From an uncultured virus (IMG/VR IMGVR_UViG_3300027365_000012) (Duplodnaviria > Heunggongvirae > Uroviricota > Caudoviricetes), in the IMG/VR virus record IMGVR_UViG_3300027365_000012: a stretch of DNA of 20,000 bases; one strand, given 5' to 3'. Under the pieces are notes generated by a model. That model was not told the origin of the DNA. It did not search any database and saw only the letters and a program-made list of their open reading frames with translations. Shown here piece after piece: positions 15,858 through 20,000 of the stretch. A program made the position numbers and the translations under genes. Every line of letters starts with the position of its first letter. Positions within the stretch are counted from its first letter, which is position 1.

Positions 15858-16574
15858 ATGTCCAAAGCCAACAAAGTCACCGTCACCATTCGCGGCAAAG
15901 TCATTACCGCTCAACAAATCGCCGCTTTCGGCAAGGGCCTCGCCGCTCAATCCGACGTTATCACTACCTGGGCGAATTACTGCGCGATTCACGCCGTAGT
16001 TCATCACAATATCGAGCCGCTGAATGCCATGCTGCAAAATGGCGCGTTTCGCCTGGCCACTGGCAAACTGTCGAAACTCGGCGGCGAAGTGGTATCGTAT
16101 ATCAAAGCGCACGCGCCGCAAGTCCAGCTGGACTCCAAAACCGGCCGCTATATCGTCGCCCGCATGAAACCCGATAATCCGCGCTTTAAAAAGTTTGCTA
16201 ATCCGGCGAACCTCGACGCCGACGACAAGCCGGCCATTGTCGATGCTGGCGACTTCGCCTTGACTTTCGATCAATGGCGCACGCTAGAAAAAGCCGCAAA
16301 AAAGCCAAACTCGGCTCCACTGAAGGCTTCAACAGTCGCTAATCAATTGACCAAAGCGCTCGACGCGATCAATTCGAAAGCGTTTTCCGCCACGGCCGAA
16401 GAGGCGCGCGAACTGGCAAAGCAACTGTCGGAGCTGTTTGTGACTGTCGATTTTGTTGCCTCCCAACTGGCCAGCAAAGCCGAGCCAGTAGACGACGGCA
16501 AAGTGACCGAGCTGCTGAAAAGTGGCCAGTCTGGCAAGTCGAAACGCGCCGGTGGCAAAGTCGCCGACGCTTAA
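15858..16574 (+). CDS. Hypothetical early protein (238 aa, Lys/Ala-rich)
   Basis: ATG with GGAG SD, long clean ORF followed by a strong terminator. Lys is mostly AAA, unlike the AAG-dominated structural genes. Confidence 0.88.
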   Translation: MSKANKVTVTIRGKVITAQQIAAFGKGLAAQSDVITTWANYCAIHAVVHHNIEPLNAMLQNGAFRLATGKLSKLGGEVVSYIKAHAPQVQLDSKTGRYIVARMKPDNPRFKKFANPANLDADDKPAIVDAGDFALTFDQWRTLEKAAKKPNSAPLKASTVANQLTKALDAINSKAFSATAEEARELAKQLSELFVTVDFVASQLASKAEPVDDGKVTELLKSGQSGKSKRAGGKVADA

Positions 16575-16595
16575 CGGGATAAATCCGCCCGCCGA

Positions 16596-16609
16596 CCTGT
16601 ATTTACGGG
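16596..16609. promoter_or_regulatory. Palindromic motif CCTGTATTTACGGG capping a 13-bp stem (16589-16616)
   Basis: CCGCCGACCTGTA-TT-TACGGGTCGGCGG, immediately before the terminator. Confidence 0.7.
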
Positions 16610-16618
16610 TCGGCGGAT

Positions 16619-16646
16619 AGCCGCCTTCGGGCGGCTTTTTTCTTTT
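16619..16646 (+). terminator. Rho-independent terminator
   Basis: GCCGCC-TTCG-GGCGGC stem with a UUCG loop, followed by TTTTTTCTTTT. Confidence 0.92.
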
Positions 16647-16694
16647 CGCGCGCGCGCGTGTACGCACATACGCGCCCCGCCGCGCGCCCTGGAG

Positions 16695-16770
16695 AAAGCC
16701 GCCGAAAGGCCGCTGAAAAAGTCCTGAAAAGTCCGGAAAAGTACCGGAAAATCGGCAATAGCACCGAAAT
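16695..16770. repeat. Phased A-tract array (degenerate ~10-11 bp repeat such as GAAAAGTCCG)
   Basis: A-tracts start at 16695, 16705, 16716, 16727, 16737, 16748, 16757 and 16767. Confidence 0.8.
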
Positions 16771-16845
16771 CAGGCCGGCACTCACAACCTATAGGTGACG
16801 GGAATCTCACCGCCAGAACCGGCTCACACCAGAAGGAATCACGCC

Positions 16846-17280
16846 ATGCAACCGAACCGCCAAGACACCGACCTGCCGCTGCCAAACATCTACTTTGTCA
16901 GCGTCACCCATGCCCTGACCGGCCAGACCCACCACATGTACATTCCGGCCGACTTCAACGGCGCGGCGTTCAAGAAGGCCCAGAACCTCTGCGCCGAGCG
17001 CCACCACTTCCGCCCCTACCGCTCCAACAGCGTCATCAAGATGCGCCGCCTGAAGCTCTCCGACTACCTGGAGAACCCCGGCGCCCTGCCGGCCGCTGCC
17101 GCCGTCGCTGCCGAACTCGGTGAGCGCGACATGCTGGCTGCTCTGGCCAAACGTCCACAGGAGATCGCAGCGATGATGGAGCAGCGTGGCGAGACCATCG
17201 ACTTCGACGCCCTGGCCAAGGCCCTGGGCGAGCAGCTGCGTACCCTCGACGGCCTGCCTGGCACGAAGGAGGTGGCGTGA
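16846..17280 (+). CDS. Hypothetical protein (144 aa)
   Basis: Probable ATG at 16846 (MQPNRQDTDL) after AAGGA; high-GC3 codon pattern. Confidence 0.8.
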   Translation: MQPNRQDTDLPLPNIYFVSVTHALTGQTHHMYIPADFNGAAFKKAQNLCAERHHFRPYRSNSVIKMRRLKLSDYLENPGALPAAAAVAAELGERDMLAALAKRPQEIAAMMEQRGETIDFDALAKALGEQLRTLDGLPGTKEVA

Positions 17281-17534
17281 TGGGACGTCAGGTAGAAGCC
17301 CAGCTCGGGGGCCTGGCGCTGGCTGGGTGCCTCGTACAGATCGCCTTTTTCGCCGAGGACGACGAAGGCGCCGCGGTGGTCGTTCGCAGGCCCATCGTGG
17401 ACTTCCCTGACAGCAGCCGGCTCACCAGCGACCTGTGCGACGCCCTCGTCTTCGACTGCCGCAACCGGCAGAGTGCGAACTTCTGGGCGCTTGAGCAGCT
17501 CATCGACCTCGGCGTCCCGTTCCGCTGGAGCTAG
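17280..17534 (+). CDS. Hypothetical protein (84 aa)
   Basis: AAGGAGG SD and TGATG overlap with the upstream stop (alternative GTG start at 17277). Confidence 0.7.
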   Translation: MGRQVEAQLGGLALAGCLVQIAFFAEDDEGAAVVVRRPIVDFPDSSRLTSDLCDALVFDCRNRQSANFWALEQLIDLGVPFRWS

Positions 17535-17595
17535 GCAGGCCACACGTAAAGGTGGCCATCATTTCCACAGGCAGGCCACACGTAAAGGTGGCCAT
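17533..17595 (+). repeat. Two identical 27-bp direct repeats separated by 9 bp
   Basis: AGGCAGGCCACACGTAAAGGTGGCCAT at 17533-17559 and 17569-17595. Each contains a GGCCAC/GTGGCC inverted repeat. Confidence 0.92.
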
Positions 17596-17613
17596 GAGCC
17601 ACGAGGATCATTT

Positions 17614-17856
17614 ATGAAGAAGAAATTTCCCTGTTTGGTCAGCCGTGGCGATCGTCGCGTCCGAGTCGACAGCGACGTCCTCGCCGACAAACTGGCTCCG
17701 CTACTCAACGCCACCCCGCAAGGGGTCATCGACGCCCTCGCCAAGGGCCGCACGCTGCGATACGGAGCGGCTGAATTCGTCGCCCTGATCCGTCCTGCGA
17801 CCGCGGCCGAACTCTCTGCCGCGTGCCCTTCTGATGCCTTGGTAACCTGCGCGTAA
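17614..17856 (+). CDS. Hypothetical protein (80 aa)
   Basis: ATG at 17614 (MKKKFPCLV) after GAGGA. Confidence 0.7.
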   Translation: MKKKFPCLVSRGDRRVRVDSDVLADKLAPLLNATPQGVIDALAKGRTLRYGAAEFVALIRPATAAELSAACPSDALVTCA

Positions 17857-17866
17857 GGAGCTCCAC

Positions 17867-18169
17867 ATGTTCAACTTCGATCCGTTCCAGAGCAACAAGC
17901 CAGGTGCCACCCGCGCCCACCTCCTGGACGAGGACGGCCGCCCATCTGCCTTCGTCGCCTTCACCCTTGGCCACGACGACGCCCTGGGTCCGTTTACCCG
18001 CTTCGCCGTCACGCTGATGGGCAGCGACCACACCGAGCAGCGTTACAGCGCCTGGATGGTATGGGATCGGGCCAGGCCAATGGTCATGGACGAGGTCCCG
18101 GCCGCCCCCTCGCCTCGCGTCGCACCGATTCCGTCGTGGTCGTCATTGGCCAAGGCAGCCGCCGCGTAA
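17867..18169 (+). CDS. Hypothetical protein (100 aa)
   Basis: AAGGAG SD, ATG start, high-GC3 codons. Confidence 0.78.
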   Translation: MFNFDPFQSNKPGATRAHLLDEDGRPSAFVAFTLGHDDALGPFTRFAVTLMGSDHTEQRYSAWMVWDRARPMVMDEVPAAPSPRVAPIPSWSSLAKAAAA

Positions 18170-18205
18170 AGGTGGGTATGAACTTCCTGGGGCAGGCTGT
18201 GCGCC

Positions 18206-19069
18206 TTGGCTGAGCAGTCGGTTGAGGTGCGTGTCGTCATGCGCGACGGCGAGCCTTGGTTCGTGGCCAAGGACGTGGCAGATATCTTGGGCTACGGCGA
18301 CACAGAAGCCATGACAAGGAGACTGAAACATAACGAGAAGGGGTACCTACGTGGCGTAGGTACCTCTGGAGGGGCCCAGGAAATGAGCATCCTTAACGAG
18401 CCAGGCCTGTACAGAGCGATCCTCGGATTTCGCGACTCACACGACCTGAATCGCCTGCTGGACGAGGACGAAAAAGCTGACCCGCACATTGTGCGGGTCA
18501 GCTCTGCAACCGGCGTGGTACAAGGGCGTAGCTTTGATCTGATCACCGAATCCGGCCTCTACCACGCCGTATTCGTCAGTCGAAAGCCCGAGGCAAAGGC
18601 ATTCCGAAAGTGGGTGACGTCTGAAGTCCTCCCCTCCATCCGCAAAACCGGCTCCTACAACGCCGACCGCTGGCACAGCCTGGAACAAATCGCCCAGGAT
18701 GCCTCCAATGCGTCCGAAATCCACGCTGATTTCTGGACTGAGAGGGTCCGTCTGGCCCTCGAACTGCCAGCATTCAAGGACGTCCTCGTCCGCGTGGGCA
18801 GCTTCACCGCAGTCCAGGAGCACGCTGTCCCGTTCGTACTGCCGTTCGTCCTCGGCGGCCGAACCGTCAAAGGGCTGCCTGACGACTACTGGAGCCGCAT
18901 GCTGGACGACCTTCGCAGCGCCAAGGCATTGACCAAGGACGAGTTTCTGCGCAACGCCGCGCTGATGCCCAAGGTGCGACGCGCCCTCAAGGAAATCGGC
19001 TGGACAGGCAACGCCTGGAACCTTGCCGAAATGCTTTATTTGCAGGATCTACTGGAAGTCGAGGACTGA
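18206..19069 (+). CDS. Bro-N domain (antirepressor-like) protein; start uncertain
   Basis: VRVVMRDGEPWFVAKDVADILGY, LNEPGLY / ITESGLY and SRKPEAKAFRKWVTSEVLPSIRKTGSY are classic Bro-N signatures. Confidence 0.92.
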   Translation: MAEQSVEVRVVMRDGEPWFVAKDVADILGYGDTEAMTRRLKHNEKGYLRGVGTSGGAQEMSILNEPGLYRAILGFRDSHDLNRLLDEDEKADPHIVRVSSATGVVQGRSFDLITESGLYHAVFVSRKPEAKAFRKWVTSEVLPSIRKTGSYNADRWHSLEQIAQDASNASEIHADFWTERVRLALELPAFKDVLVRVGSFTAVQEHAVPFVLPFVLGGRTVKGLPDDYWSRMLDDLRSAKALTKDEFLRNAALMPKVRRALKEIGWTGNAWNLAEMLYLQDLLEVED

Positions 19070-19091
19070 CTCGACCCGACCCCGTTCCCTT

Positions 19092-19122
19092 GGCGCCCTC
19101 CCTGTGAGGGCGTCGTCGTTTC
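19092..19122 (+). terminator. Possible weak terminator or stem-loop after the Bro-N gene
   Basis: GGCGCCCTC-CCTGT-GAGGGCGTC stem followed by GTCGTTTC (poor U-tract). Confidence 0.35.
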
Positions 19123-19133
19123 TGAGGTCCACT

Positions 19134-19307
19134 ATGAGCATCACTCAACAGCTTGCCCACTGGTTCATCGCCCTCGGCCTCGACCCGGCCATGGGCGCCC
19201 TCCTCGCCCTCATCCTGCTCGTCGCCGTGCCCCTGATGATCGGCGCCGGCGTGGTTGCCGCCCTGGAGGCCGTCCCTTTCCACCGCCGCCGGAGTCGCCT
19301 GCTGTGA
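19134..19307 (+). CDS. Small membrane protein (57 aa)
   Basis: ATG at 19134 after GAGG. Hydrophobic core ALLALILLVAVPLMIGAGVVAAL and basic tail HRRRSR. GTGA overlap with the next gene. Confidence 0.7.
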   Translation: MSITQQLAHWFIALGLDPAMGALLALILLVAVPLMIGAGVVAALEAVPFHRRRSRLL

Positions 19308-19957
19308 CGCCGCTGTACTACCGCGACCACCAGATCCGCGTCGTCTCCGACTGGGTCGGCCAAGAGCACGCCTTCGTCGACGACGTGCTCCCGCTGCTCG
19401 GCTACCGCGACCTCGACGCCCTGCGCCGGCGCGTCGGAGAAGACGCCCTCGACGTCTACGATGGCCTCCACACCGTCAAGGTGCGGGCGCTGGTCAGTGT
19501 TGCCATCAAGCAGCGCAAACAAGACACCGAGGCCTTCGCCCGCTGGGTCGTCGACCAGTGGGGCGGGCCCGGCGATCAGGAGGCCCTACAGCGCCGGCTT
19601 GAGCGCAAGACCTGGGGTCGCCAGCCCATCGACGAACTCACACTCGGGCAGCTGTGCGCCGCCTTGGGCGTGAGAGCCGACCACCGCGCCGACCTCCACA
19701 ACGCCCTGCGCGCCGCTTCTGACGCTGTTTGCAGCATAGGGCTACCTGGGTTCAGCCTCGGGGGCGATCGCTTCACCAGCGGCGTCCTGGTGGCTCTGGC
19801 GACGCGCTCGGTGGTGGCGGCACGGGCAGCGCTCTCGCCGGGCCAGGTCCGCGCCCTGCGCGCCCTCTCCAAAGCGATGAGCAGCGGAGATCGAATGAGC
19901 GAGGAACAGCTCGCTGCGGTCCTCGAGGGAGAAGATGAGGTTATGCAAGTACAATAG
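19304..19957 (+). CDS. Protein with a divergent Bro-N-like N-terminal domain (217 aa)
   Basis: LYYRDHQIRVV...AFVDDVLPLLGY...RKQDTEAFARWV parallels the Bro-N pattern F....IRVV...FVA.DV...LGY...RKPEA..F..WV. Confidence 0.7.
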   Translation: MTPLYYRDHQIRVVSDWVGQEHAFVDDVLPLLGYRDLDALRRRVGEDALDVYDGLHTVKVRALVSVAIKQRKQDTEAFARWVVDQWGGPGDQEALQRRLERKTWGRQPIDELTLGQLCAALGVRADHRADLHNALRAASDAVCSIGLPGFSLGGDRFTSGVLVALATRSVVAARAALSPGQVRALRALSKAMSSGDRMSEEQLAAVLEGEDEVMQVQ

Positions 19958-20000
19958 TATTTGCATAAGCGTAGATAGGTGCTGTCTATATATATAATAT

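Noticed and set aside
7775..16609. Motif mismatches forming G-T wobbles mostly on the + strand
   Set aside because: Too few sites, and the 2822 copy shows the opposite polarity; cannot be distinguished from chance.
17533..17595. 27-bp palindromic direct repeats as a mini CRISPR array
   Set aside because: Only two exact copies with a 9-bp spacer; no cas genes or leader.
19983..19998. CTGTCTATATATATAA as an SOS box or promoter at the right edge
   Set aside because: Right half-site ACAG is missing. TATAAT at 19993 has no well-spaced -35, and downstream context is cut off.

Overview
A 20-kb piece of a GC-rich tailed dsDNA phage, probably with a long non-contractile tail and a proteobacterial host (both inferred). 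No integrase or host genes are visible, so prophage versus free phage cannot be decided. Bases 1-14822 are a minus-strand packaging/morphogenesis operon, in transcription order: HU-like protein, small membrane ORF, probable terminase small subunit, small ORF, GpA-like terminase large subunit, portal, S49 protease with nested scaffold, decoration protein, major capsid, head-tail joining genes, tail tube, tail assembly chaperone pair with a likely -1 frameshift, and a TP901-type tape measure gene running off the left edge. An opposite-strand lipoprotein gene is inserted between terminase and portal. From about 15150 a divergent plus-strand early-type region carries small hypothetical genes and two Bro-N proteins. 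The most interesting non-gene signals are three. (1) A sigma70-like promoter and boxA-like element precede about 670 nt of apparently non-coding, densely and nestedly base-paired sequence (candidate large structured phage RNA). (2) A 14-bp palindrome CCTGTA-WW-TACAGG occurs at eight intergenic sites, three of them extended into site-specific hairpins. (3) Two phased A-tract arrays and a (CG)6 tract bracket the promoter-RNA-gene-terminator block, next to the HU and terminase genes (candidate packaging site or terminal repeat). All protein calls are from motifs and gene order read by eye; no searches were run.
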